From: Candidatus Brocadiia bacterium
Lineage (GTDB): Bacteria > Planctomycetota > Brocadiia > CAIUPP01
Length of the DNA: 64,000 nt
NCBI GenBank assembly: GCA_050015075.1
Contig: JBEKCB010000003.1
Coordinates: 128,001-192,000, forward strand
Reading direction: 5' to 3'
In this document: in pieces, positions 1-7,983 of the stretch
How the letters are laid out: each line of letters starts with the position of its first letter
How positions within the stretch are numbered: position 1 is the first letter of the stretch
Position numbers and translations under genes: made by a program
Notes under the pieces: model-generated
Told to the model about the DNA's origin: nothing
The model's database searches: none
What the model saw: the letters and a program-made list of their open reading frames with translations, nothing else

Positions 1-1
1 G

Positions 2-496
2 CTGAACGCCGGGCGGATGCCGGACCCGAAGGACTTCAACGTCATCGTCGCCATGGACGACCCGCCCGCCGATCTGAAGCCGGGCATGTCCGCGCAGGTG
101 GAGATACTGATCGCGAAGCTGACCGACGTCGTCGCCGCGCCGGTCCAGGCCGTCGCGACCGTGGACGGCCGGCAGGTCTGCTACGTCGCCGGCAAAGGCG
201 GCGTCGAGCCGCGCGTCGTGAAGACCGGCCTGTCCAACGCCGACTATGTCGAGATCACCGGCGGACTGGAAGCGGGCGAGAAAGTGCTGCTGCACGCTCC
301 GACCGTCACCGGCGCCACAACCGCGGTGAGTCCCGCGCCGGCGGTGAGTGCCACGCCGGCGGTAAGCGCCACGCCCGCCGTGACCGCCATGGCCGATGAC
401 GGCGAGGTGAAACGCCCGGCGCCCGCCTCGCTGGAGGCGCAGGCGGCGGCCGAAAGCCCGAAAGCCGCCGCGGCCCCGAAGAATCCGACGCCCTGA
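2..496 (+). CDS. Efflux RND/MacA-type periplasmic adaptor, C-terminal part (truncated by window edge)
   Basis: LKPGMSAQVEI...APVQAV...VKTGLSN..VEITGGLEAGEKV is the typical membrane-fusion-protein C-terminus; Ala/Pro-rich tail. Confidence 0.8.
   Translation: MNAGRMPDPKDFNVIVAMDDPPADLKPGMSAQVEILIAKLTDVVAAPVQAVATVDGRQVCYVAGKGGVEPRVVKTGLSNADYVEITGGLEAGEKVLLHAPTVTGATTAVSPAPAVSATPAVSATPAVTAMADDGEVKRPAPASLEAQAAAESPKAAAAPKNPTP
323..388 (+). repeat. 18-bp coding tandem repeat (about 3.7 copies, AVSATP-like)
   Basis: gcggtgagtcccgcgccg / gcggtgagtgccacgccg / gcggtaagcgccacgccc / gccgtgaccgcc. Confidence 0.8.
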
Positions 497-596
497 TGGC
501 CCGCCGCCGCCAGGTCCCGGCGGGCCGAGCCGCCGATTGGCCGTGCGTCCGGCGCACCGAAGCGCTAAAGGAGACGAGTAAACGGATGCTCGCGGC

Positions 597-790
597 ATGA
601 AAGTCAGAGAAATGCTGCGGTTGTTGACAAAAGATGGATGGTATCTCGTCGCGACACGCGGCAGCCATCGTCAGTACAAGCATCCCGCGAAGCCCGGCCG
701 TGTCAGGTCGCCGGAAAACTTTCCGACGACCTTGCCTTGGGCACTCAGCACAGCATCGTGAAACAAGCTCAGTTTAAAGGAGACCGATAG
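597..790 (+). pseudogene. hicA: HicA toxin with 1-bp frameshift
   Basis: ATG597 reads MKVREMLRLLTKDGWYLVATRGSHRQYKHPAKPGRV, then continues in another frame as VAGKLSDDLALGTQHSIVKQAQFKGDR-TAG790; span is 194 nt, one short of a codon multiple. Confidence 0.85.
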
Positions 791-996
791 TGCGTTACGC
801 GACAGTCATCGAAAAGGCGGCCGGCAATTACTCCGCTTACGTGCCCGATCTGCCCGGCTGCGTGGCGACCGGTCGCACCATTGCCATCGCCGAAAGGGAA
901 ATCAGGAAGGCGATCCGGTTTCACCTCGAGGGACTCAAGGCGGACGGCCTGCCTGTTCCTGAACCATCCTCGGTCTGCGAATACGTTGACGCATGA
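790..996 (+). CDS. hicB: HicB family antitoxin
   Basis: YSAYVPDLPGCVATG..IRFHLEGLKADGLPVPEP; GTG start overlaps the hicA stop. Confidence 0.9.
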   Translation: MRYATVIEKAAGNYSAYVPDLPGCVATGRTIAIAEREIRKAIRFHLEGLKADGLPVPEPSSVCEYVDA

Positions 997-1026
997 GCCG
1001 CCTGAAGCGGCTGCGTCGAGTTCCGC

Positions 1027-1055
1027 TTGACACCCGTCCCGCGCCTCTTTACATT
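1027..1055 (+). promoter_or_regulatory. Sigma70-type promoter
   Basis: TTGACA-17 bp-TACATT upstream of ATG1097. Confidence 0.6.
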
Positions 1056-1096
1056 TCATTTATCCACGTTCCGGATTCCTCGGTTCCGAGAGTGAA

Positions 1097-2095
1097 ATGA
1101 GTGCGTCACGCGTCGCAACCGAACTGGCGCGCCACGCCAGGCGCATCGGCCCGATCCTGCAGGAACTCGTCCCGCGCGACGGCGATGAGTCCGCCTTCCT
1201 CGGCGGGCCGGCCTGGTACCACCTGGAGACCGGCGGCAAACGCATCCGCTCCGCCCTCTGCCTGCTGACCGCCGAGGCGCTCGGCGGCGACTCGGAGAAG
1301 GCGCTCCATTTCGCCGCGGCGGTCGAGCTGCTCCACAACATGCTCCTGGTCCACGACGACATCGAGGACGGCGACACGGTCCGGCGGAACCAGCCGACGG
1401 TCTGGAAGCGGTTCGGTCTGGCGAACGCGATCAACATCGGCGATTACCTGTTCGCGCGCTCGCTGCGCGCGGTGATCCTTTCGCCCGTGCCCGGCGAGGC
1501 GCGCGCGCGGCTGGTGGACCTGTTCCTGGCGACTTACGAACGGACCATCGCCGGGCAGGCGCTCGATATCAATTCCCGCTGCGACGAGCGCTTCACGATC
1601 GAGGACTACCTGCGCATGGTCACGCTGAAGACCGGCCATTACCTGGTGCTCGGCATGGTCGGCGGAGCGATCATCGCCGGCGCGCCGGAGGCGACGCTCG
1701 AGTGCCTGCGCCGGCTCGGCGAAAGCCTCGGCCCGGCGTTCCAGATCCGCGACGACATCCTCGACCTGACTGCCGGCAAGGGGCGCGGCGGCGTGAGCGG
1801 CTCCGACATCCGCGAGGGCAAGGCCAGCATCCTCTACGCGCACGCGCTGGCGCACTCCTCGCCGGCCGAGGCCGAGCGCCTGCTGAAGATCATGCGAAAG
1901 CCGCGCGAGGAGAAAACCGACTCCGACGTCGCCGCGGTCCTCGGCCTGTACGGCCGGTGCGGGTCCATCGCGTTCGCGCAGGAGATGGCCGACCGGCTGA
2001 TCCTCCAGGCCCAGCGCGCGCTCGACGCGCTGCCGGTGGAGCAGCAGTCCCTCTTCCGCGAACTACTCACTTACATCGCCGAAAGGAAAACCTGA
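1097..2095 (+). CDS. Polyprenyl diphosphate synthase (GGPP/IspA-like)
   Basis: GGKRIR, first aspartate-rich motif HDDIEDGDTVRR, second motif FQIRDDILD, GQALD, KT. Confidence 0.92.
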   Translation: MSASRVATELARHARRIGPILQELVPRDGDESAFLGGPAWYHLETGGKRIRSALCLLTAEALGGDSEKALHFAAAVELLHNMLLVHDDIEDGDTVRRNQPTVWKRFGLANAINIGDYLFARSLRAVILSPVPGEARARLVDLFLATYERTIAGQALDINSRCDERFTIEDYLRMVTLKTGHYLVLGMVGGAIIAGAPEATLECLRRLGESLGPAFQIRDDILDLTAGKGRGGVSGSDIREGKASILYAHALAHSSPAEAERLLKIMRKPREEKTDSDVAAVLGLYGRCGSIAFAQEMADRLILQAQRALDALPVEQQSLFRELLTYIAERKT

Positions 2096-3166
2096 ATGAA
2101 AGCGCTCATCGCCGCCGGCGGCAAAGGCACGCGCCTGCGCCCGATCACGCACACGCGCAACAAGCACCTCATCCCGATCGCCAACAAGCCGATCCTTCAC
2201 TACGCGCTCGAATACGTCGCCGCCGCCGGCATCCGCGAGGCGGGCATCATCGTCAACGCCGACAGCAACGAAGTGCAGGAAGCGCTCGGCTCCGGCGAGC
2301 GCTGGGGCCTGAAGATCACGTACATCCCGCAGACGGCGCCGCTCGGCCTGGCGCACTGCGTGAAGATCGGGCAGCCCTTCATCGGCCGCGAGCCGTTCGT
2401 CTTCTACCTCGGCGACAACATGGTCGTCGGCGGCATCGAGCGCTTCCGCGACGAGTTCCTCGCGCGCAAGTCCAACTGCCACCTGGCGCTCGCGCGCGTG
2501 CGCGATCCGGAGCGTTTCGGCGTGCCGGAGATCGCCGGCGACCGCATCGTCTCCATCCAGGAGAAGCCGAAGGCGCCGAAGAGCCAGTTCGCCGTCACGG
2601 GCATCTACTTCTACGACGAGTCGGTTTTCGAGGCGGTCCACAACATCAAGCCGAGCGCGCGCGGCGAGCTGGAGATCAGCGACGCGCACGATTACCTCAT
2701 CAAGCACGGCAAGCGCGTGACGTTCAGCGAGATCACCGGCTGGTGGAAGGACACCGGCCTGCCGGACGACCTGCTCGAGGCGAACCGGCTGGTGCTCGAT
2801 CACGTGGAACCGGCGCAGGAGGAAGGTGTGCGGATCGAGGGCGACTCGCAGGTCGTGGGCCGCGTAGTCCTGCAGCGCGGCGCGCGCATCATCGGGAGCA
2901 ATATCCGCGGCCCGGCCATCATCGGCGAGAACACGGTCATCGAGAACTCGTACATCGGCCCGTACACCTCGATCTACCACGACTGCCGGGTCACCCACAG
3001 CGAGGTGGAATTCAGCATCGTGCTGGCGAACTGCCGCATCGAGAACATCGGCGTGCGCATCGAGGGCAGCCTGCTCGGGTGCGACTCGCAACTGATCCGC
3101 GCCCGCGACAAGCCGCGCACGCACCGCTTCGTCGTCGGCGACCAGGGCATCATCGAGATCGCGTAG
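2096..3166 (+). CDS. Glucose-1-phosphate thymidylyltransferase (long form)
   Basis: GGKGTRLRP..KHLIPIANKP, EKP, SARGELEI, WWKDTG, C-terminal beta-helix. Confidence 0.9.
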   Translation: MKALIAAGGKGTRLRPITHTRNKHLIPIANKPILHYALEYVAAAGIREAGIIVNADSNEVQEALGSGERWGLKITYIPQTAPLGLAHCVKIGQPFIGREPFVFYLGDNMVVGGIERFRDEFLARKSNCHLALARVRDPERFGVPEIAGDRIVSIQEKPKAPKSQFAVTGIYFYDESVFEAVHNIKPSARGELEISDAHDYLIKHGKRVTFSEITGWWKDTGLPDDLLEANRLVLDHVEPAQEEGVRIEGDSQVVGRVVLQRGARIIGSNIRGPAIIGENTVIENSYIGPYTSIYHDCRVTHSEVEFSIVLANCRIENIGVRIEGSLLGCDSQLIRARDKPRTHRFVVGDQGIIEIA

Positions 3167-3261
3167 CAGGCGGGTCGGCTTTGACGAAATGACGAGGCAT
3201 GGCGCGGAGATACTAGGTTATAACTGCGCTGTTCGGATGTTGCCTATCGAGTCACACATCA

Positions 3262-3579
3262 TCAGTCGCCGATAAACTTCACGTAGAGATGAATTTCGTA
3301 GGCACATTGTCGAATAAGCTCGTCGATCTGCTTGAGATGTGCCAACGTTCGGGAGTCGGCCGAGAAGCTCTCAATAAGGAGTGCCCACTCCTTTAGCAAT
3401 TTTTCTGCCTGAATGCGATTGAAGACCGTGTCGCCATACAAGTCAATCGTGCTTGCCCATGGGAATTGCGAAGCTTGATCCTCAGCCAACCTTAGGGCCT
3501 GACTTAGCGCACTCTTTGGGTCCAGGACCATTGCAATCTGGCCGCCGTCCTCGTTCTGTAGCGCAACATTAACACCCAT
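3262..3579 (-). CDS. Hypothetical protein, lower GC than flanks
   Basis: Clean 105-aa ORF with ATG start; IDLYGDTVFN and HLYVKFIGD motifs. Confidence 0.7.
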   Translation of the reverse strand: MGVNVALQNEDGGQIAMVLDPKSALSQALRLAEDQASQFPWASTIDLYGDTVFNRIQAEKLLKEWALLIESFSADSRTLAHLKQIDELIRQCAYEIHLYVKFIGD

Positions 3580-3594
3580 TTGGGGAGGCCTTTC

Positions 3595-3741
3595 TCATAT
3601 CGTCATCGGCATCACCCGCGCCGTCGCCAGGCGGCGCGCTTTTTCAACCGTCCTTCCCTGGCTCGCGACATCCAACTCCGGACAGCGCGCCACGCAGCCT
3701 TCGCGTTCGCGCTCAAGCATCATCGTGAAATGCCTATGCAG
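3595..3741 (-). pseudogene. hicB: Degenerate truncated HicB remnant
   Basis: Reads LHRHFTMMLEREREGCVARCPELDVASQGRTVEKAR, aligning to hicB at 4572-4793; CTG in place of ATG and the C-terminal half is lost. Confidence 0.8.
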
Positions 3742-3744
3742 GAG

Positions 3745-3963
3745 TTAGAGGGCCTCCCACTCGCTTCTTGACAGACGCGCTTGACGGAGAATGCGCGCTA
3801 GGAGTTCCCTGCCGATATCTTTCTGATGCGGGTTCGGAATGGTCAGAGCCAGGCCGCTTTTGAGCATGAAGGCGTGTCTGCCGCCCGCGTAGGGGCCGTC
3901 GAAGCCCGCTTTGCGCAAGCAGCGAACCAGGTCGCGCCGCGAGATGGGGCCGAACTGCGGCAT
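3745..3963 (-). CDS. hicA: HicA family mRNA interferase toxin
   Basis: GFDGPYAGGRHAFM..TIPNPH..DIGRELLARILRQA. Confidence 0.88.
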   Translation of the reverse strand: MPQFGPISRRDLVRCLRKAGFDGPYAGGRHAFMLKSGLALTIPNPHQKDIGRELLARILRQARLSRSEWEAL

Positions 3964-4211
3964 CAGGCCGCCTTTTCCTTCTTCACCCTCAAGCCGATCC
4001 CGTCAATCTTCGGCAGCGGCAGGTGCCTGTGAATTCTGAAAAGCAGCCAGTCCTCGAGCACTTCGGCCAGCGCGGCGCGGCAATCTTCCAACGTCCGGGC
4101 GTTGGCGTACACGCCGCGGCATTTCGAGATTTCGCCGTAGTAACTCCCGTCATCGGTAAGTATCTCGTATCGCGCGTTTCGCATCGCAGCTTCAAGGTAT
4201 TTGCTGAGCAT
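3963..4211 (-). CDS. hicB: HicB family antitoxin
   Basis: YYGEI..GVYANARTLEDCR..LEDWLL..LPLP; coupled to the downstream hicA. Confidence 0.88.
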   Translation of the reverse strand: MLSKYLEAAMRNARYEILTDDGSYYGEISKCRGVYANARTLEDCRAALAEVLEDWLLFRIHRHLPLPKIDGIGLRVKKEKAA

Positions 4212-4249
4212 CGGCGGGCTCCATTTCCCTCTATTTACCTTTAGCGGCG

Positions 4250-4278
4250 ATTGTAAGTCTCCTCGTGGCGAGTGTCAA
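4250..4278 (-). promoter_or_regulatory. Sigma70 promoter of the hicBA pair at 3745-4211
   Basis: Minus strand TTGACA-17 bp-TACAAT. Confidence 0.75.
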
Positions 4279-4310
4279 GCTGCGGGGTTCGGGTGCGTGA
4301 GTTGTGTTCG

Positions 4311-4358
4311 CTACTCGATGCTTTCCACGAGTTCCTTCGGGACGCCGATGTCCACGAC
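4311..4358 (-). repeat. 48-bp direct repeat: copy of the nnrE 3' end (partner 4894-4941)
   Basis: 46/48 identical; encodes VVDIGVPKELVESIE* versus VVDIGVPKELGESIE*. Confidence 0.95.
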
Positions 4359-4579
4359 TATGATTCGAATTCGCTTCGCGACACGCCGGACTGACGGATG
4401 ATGGCGTGCAGAGTTCCGACGCGGATTTCCGGGTGATCCGGCACAGGCACCGTAACCGTTGTGTCGGGCAAGCGCCGCTGCATCACCACATGGCTTCCGC
4501 GTCGCCGGGTCTCGACAAAGCCGTACTGCGCCAGTATGGCGCAAACCTGCTTGCCGGAAAGAACGCGCAATTTACCCAA
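4358..4579 (-). CDS. hicA: HicA family toxin
   Basis: LSGKQVCAILAQYGF..RRGSHVVM..VPVPDH.EIRVGTLHAIIRQSG. Confidence 0.9.
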   Translation of the reverse strand: MGKLRVLSGKQVCAILAQYGFVETRRRGSHVVMQRRLPDTTVTVPVPDHPEIRVGTLHAIIRQSGVSRSEFES

Positions 4580-4793
4580 CGACGATCTCCAGGCGCGTTA
4601 CGTACACTTCCTCGTGAAGCCGGTCTCGGATTTCTGCCGGTGAGGCTGTTTCGAAGAAGAGTTCGAGCGCCTCGCGGAGATTCTCGCGCGCTTCTTCAAT
4701 CGTCCCGCCCTGGCTTGCGACATCCAGTTCGGGACAGAGCGCTACGTAGCCGTCTCCTTCACGCTCCATGATCGCCGTGAGTTGCTTATGCAT
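4572..4793 (-). CDS. hicB: HicB family antitoxin
   Basis: EREGDGYVALCPELDVASQGGTIEEARENLREALELF; start placed at ATG4793 from the GGAG site. Confidence 0.9.
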   Translation of the reverse strand: MHKQLTAIMEREGDGYVALCPELDVASQGGTIEEARENLREALELFFETASPAEIRDRLHEEVYVTRLEIVVG

Positions 4794-4832
4794 GATTTTC
4801 GCTCCATTTCCCCGCATTCATTTGCAATTGCG

Positions 4833-4861
4833 ATTGTATGGCCCATCGCGTCGAGTGTCAA
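4833..4861 (-). promoter_or_regulatory. Sigma70 promoter of the hicBA pair at 4358-4793
   Basis: Minus strand TTGACA-17 bp-TACAAT, same boxes as 4250-4278. Confidence 0.75.
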
Positions 4862-4893
4862 GCCGCTGTTTCCCGCTCAGGACTTTCGTCAGT

Positions 4894-5577
4894 CTACTCG
4901 ATACTTTCCCCGAGTTCCTTCGGGACGCCGATGTCCACGACGGTGACCTGGCCAGTCTGCGCGGGGCCTTCGGCTAGGGTGAAGCCGAGCTTCGGGAGGA
5001 CGAAGGTGGCGGTGCGCGTGGCGCGGACGGCGGCGCGGAGGATTCGGCCGGCGTCGCAGTCGAGGCCGCTCGGGATGTCTATCGCCAGGACCGGCTTGTC
5101 GGCGGCGTTGATGAGGCGGATGAGGGAAAGATACGGCTCGCGCACGTCGCCGGTCAACCCCGTGCCCAGCAGCGCGTCCACGATCAAGTCGGCGGACCGC
5201 TCGAGACCGGCGGCTTCGAAACGCCCGTCTTCCGCCGCGGCGACGTGCAGGTGAAGCCCCATTTTCTGCGCGATCTGGAGGTTGATCCCGGCGTCGGTCC
5301 AGGGATCAATTTCCTCCGGCGGGCACGCCAGGACGAACTCCACCTTCGCGCCGCGGTTATGCAGGTGGCGGCCGACGACGAATCCGTCTCCGCCGTTGTT
5401 CCCCTTGCCGCAGAAAATCACGACGCGCCTGTTCGCCGGATTACCGAGCATCTCGACCGCGACCTCCGCCGCGCCGCGGCCGGCGTTCTCCATCAGGACC
5501 ACGCCCGGCATCCCGTATTCGTCCATCGCCCGCCGATCCAGCTCGCGCACCTGCTCCCGAGTGCACGCTTTCCTCAT
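4894..5577 (-). CDS. nnrE: NAD(P)H-hydrate epimerase (YjeF N-terminal domain)
   Basis: LMENAG, GKGNNGGDG, VDALLGTG, AIDIPSG, VDIG. Confidence 0.92.
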   Translation of the reverse strand: MRKACTREQVRELDRRAMDEYGMPGVVLMENAGRGAAEVAVEMLGNPANRRVVIFCGKGNNGGDGFVVGRHLHNRGAKVEFVLACPPEEIDPWTDAGINLQIAQKMGLHLHVAAAEDGRFEAAGLERSADLIVDALLGTGLTGDVREPYLSLIRLINAADKPVLAIDIPSGLDCDAGRILRAAVRATRTATFVLPKLGFTLAEGPAQTGQVTVVDIGVPKELGESIE

Positions 5578-6728
5578 GGCTTCACCCAGCCCTTGAACAC
5601 CTGGCGTCCTTTCTCGATCTCCAGGATCGCAGCCGGCTTGATGGGGTTGTGGTTCTTGTCGAAGGTGATGCGGCTGGTGATGGTGTCGAGGTCGGTCTTC
5701 TCGAGCGCGTCGCGGATATCTTTGCGGTCGTCGCTGCCCGCGCGGCGGATGGCGTCGAGGAGGATCTCCGTCGCCTCGTAGCCGAGCGAGGCCAGCGCGT
5801 CGGGATCGGCGCCGAAGCGCTGCCGATACGCGGCGACGAACGCCTTCACAAGAGGCGAATCGGACTCGCGCGAGAAGTGGTTCGAGAAATACCCGCCCTC
5901 CGCCGCGGCGACCTTGAGCAGCTCGGGCGAGTCCCATCCGTCGCCGCCGAGGAACGCCGCCTTGAGGCCGATCTCGCGCGCCTGGCTGACTTGCAGCGCC
6001 ACGTCGTTGTAGTAGTTCGGCAGGAACAGCACATCCGGCGCGGCGGGCAGGATCTTCGTGAGCTGCGGCTTGAAGTCGTTGCTGCGCTCCGGGTAGCTCT
6101 CGTACGCGACGACCTCGCCGCCGAGTTCGGTGAAGACCTTCTTGAAAATTTCGGCCAGGCCCTTGTTGTAATCGTTCGCGGAGTCGTAGAGGACCGCGGC
6201 GCGGCGGGCCTTCAGCGTGTCCCAGGCGATGTGCGCGTCGGCGTAGCCCTGGAACGGGTCGGTGAAGCAGGCGCGGAAGACATAGCGCTTGCCCAGCGTC
6301 ACGAACTGGCTGGTCGAGGAACTGGAGATCATCGGCGTGCGCGAGGCCTCGGCGACCTCGGCGCCGGCGAGCGAGACCTTGCTCATCACCGCGCCGACCA
6401 CTGCGCAGACGCGCTCACGCTCGATGAGGCGCGAGAACGCGATCTTGCCGGCCACCGGATCGCCCTTGTCGTCCTCGACGATCAGTTCGAGCGGACGGCC
6501 GAACAGCCCGCCCGCGGAGTTCGCCTGCTCGATCGCCAGCCGGACGCCGTTCTCGCAGGAGATGCCGAAAGTCGCCGCCTCGCCGGTCTTCGGCGCAACG
6601 CAGCCGATGAGAATGGCCGGCCCGGTCTCCGCGCGCTCGGCCGCCGTGTGGGCTGCTTCCTTCTTCCCGCATCCGCAGAAGCCGAGCGCCAACGCCGCCG
6701 CCGCAATCAGCCCAATCGCCCTGTTCAT
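5574..6728 (-). CDS. Branched-chain amino acid ABC substrate-binding lipoprotein (LivJ/K-like)
   Basis: Signal peptide with lipobox-like GFCGC; EDDKGDP, FRACFTD, GGDGWDS. Confidence 0.88.
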   Translation of the reverse strand: MNRAIGLIAAAALALGFCGCGKKEAAHTAAERAETGPAILIGCVAPKTGEAATFGISCENGVRLAIEQANSAGGLFGRPLELIVEDDKGDPVAGKIAFSRLIERERVCAVVGAVMSKVSLAGAEVAEASRTPMISSSSTSQFVTLGKRYVFRACFTDPFQGYADAHIAWDTLKARRAAVLYDSANDYNKGLAEIFKKVFTELGGEVVAYESYPERSNDFKPQLTKILPAAPDVLFLPNYYNDVALQVSQAREIGLKAAFLGGDGWDSPELLKVAAAEGGYFSNHFSRESDSPLVKAFVAAYRQRFGADPDALASLGYEATEILLDAIRRAGSDDRKDIRDALEKTDLDTITSRITFDKNHNPIKPAAILEIEKGRQVFKGWVKP

Positions 6729-6742
6729 CGTGGGTTCCCTTT

Positions 6743-7945
6743 TCAAATCCAGTCGCGATCTTTCAAGGAGGCGACGAGTTCCTCGGCCGCCGAAATCTGG
6801 CAGGCCGTGCGGAACGGCACCTTCTTGTCCGCGGCGACCCGCCGCATGTCCTCGAAGGCGATCCCGATCCGGTCCTCGACGACCTCGAACGTCTCGTCCT
6901 TGTCGGTGATCGAGCCGCTCTTGGCCTGGCGCCACTCGACGTACGAGGCGATCACGCCGCCGCTGTTGGCGAGGATGTCGGGCGCCACCGGAATCCTGCG
7001 CTCGTTGAGGATGACATCGGCCTCGGCGGTGGTCGGCCCGTTGGCGCCTTCGACCACGGCGGCGGCGCGGATCTTGCGGGCGTTGTCGCGGGTGATCTGG
7101 TTCTCGCGGGCGCACGGCGCCAGGATGTCCACCTTGGCCAGGAGCAGTTCGTCGTTGGAGATGTGCTTGCCCGGCGCGCCGTCGAGCGAGCCGTGCTGCG
7201 CGGCGTAGGCGAAGAGCGCGGGGATGTCGAGCCCTTTCGGATTGCACCGGCCGCCGGTCAGGTCACTCACGGCGACGACCTTGACGCCGGCCTCGTGCAG
7301 GAAGAGGGCGGCGTAGCTGCCGACGTTGCCGAAGCCCTGCACCGCGGCGGTGGCGCCCTTGGGGCTCTTCTTCAGGGTGTCCTCCAGCATCAGCAGCGCG
7401 GCGTGGCTGACGCCGCGGCCGGTGGCTTCGCGGCGGCCGGGCAGCCCGCCGACGCGCGGCGGCTTGCCGGTGACGCACTCGGGGATGTGCAGCTCGCCGA
7501 AGATCACCGCCATGTCCGTCGCGTCGGTGCCCATGTCCGGCGCCGGGACATAGACGCCGTAGCGCAGGTCGAGATTCATGACGTGCACGTATTCCTTGAT
7601 GACGGCGGTCTTCTCGAACCGGCTGAGCTTCTTCGGGTCAATGGCGATGCCGGTCTTGCCGCCGCCGAAGGGGATGCGCGCGAGGGCGGTCTTCCAGAGC
7701 ATGCGCTCGGCCAGGTCGCGCGTCTCGTCGAGCGTCACATCCGGCGCCATGCGGATGCCGCCCTTCGCCGGGCCGCGCACGGTGTTGAAGTACACGACGT
7801 ACGAATCCGCCTGGATGACCTGGTCCGGGCTGATTTTCAGGCTGAGGTTGAAATAGGTTTCCTTCTCCGGCCGGCTGAGGAGTTGCTCGGCGGTGGCGCT
7901 GATGCCGGTGTACTTGCGCAGGAGGCCGTAGTCAATGTTCGACAT
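6743..7945 (-). CDS. Glu/Leu/Phe/Val dehydrogenase
   Basis: GPAKGGIR, GGGK, PAPDMGT, QGFGNVG, EGANGPTT, PDILANSGGV. Confidence 0.93.
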   Translation of the reverse strand: MSNIDYGLLRKYTGISATAEQLLSRPEKETYFNLSLKISPDQVIQADSYVVYFNTVRGPAKGGIRMAPDVTLDETRDLAERMLWKTALARIPFGGGKTGIAIDPKKLSRFEKTAVIKEYVHVMNLDLRYGVYVPAPDMGTDATDMAVIFGELHIPECVTGKPPRVGGLPGRREATGRGVSHAALLMLEDTLKKSPKGATAAVQGFGNVGSYAALFLHEAGVKVVAVSDLTGGRCNPKGLDIPALFAYAAQHGSLDGAPGKHISNDELLLAKVDILAPCARENQITRDNARKIRAAAVVEGANGPTTAEADVILNERRIPVAPDILANSGGVIASYVEWRQAKSGSITDKDETFEVVEDRIGIAFEDMRRVAADKKVPFRTACQISAAEELVASLKDRDWI

Positions 7946-7983
7946 TTTGTTTTCCTTCTGAAGGACGATTGCGTTGACGGAGC

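Noticed and set aside
497-1020. Gene-tail duplication around the first hicAB module
   Set aside because: Only an 8-bp GC-rich match (gagccgcc) was found, which is within chance.
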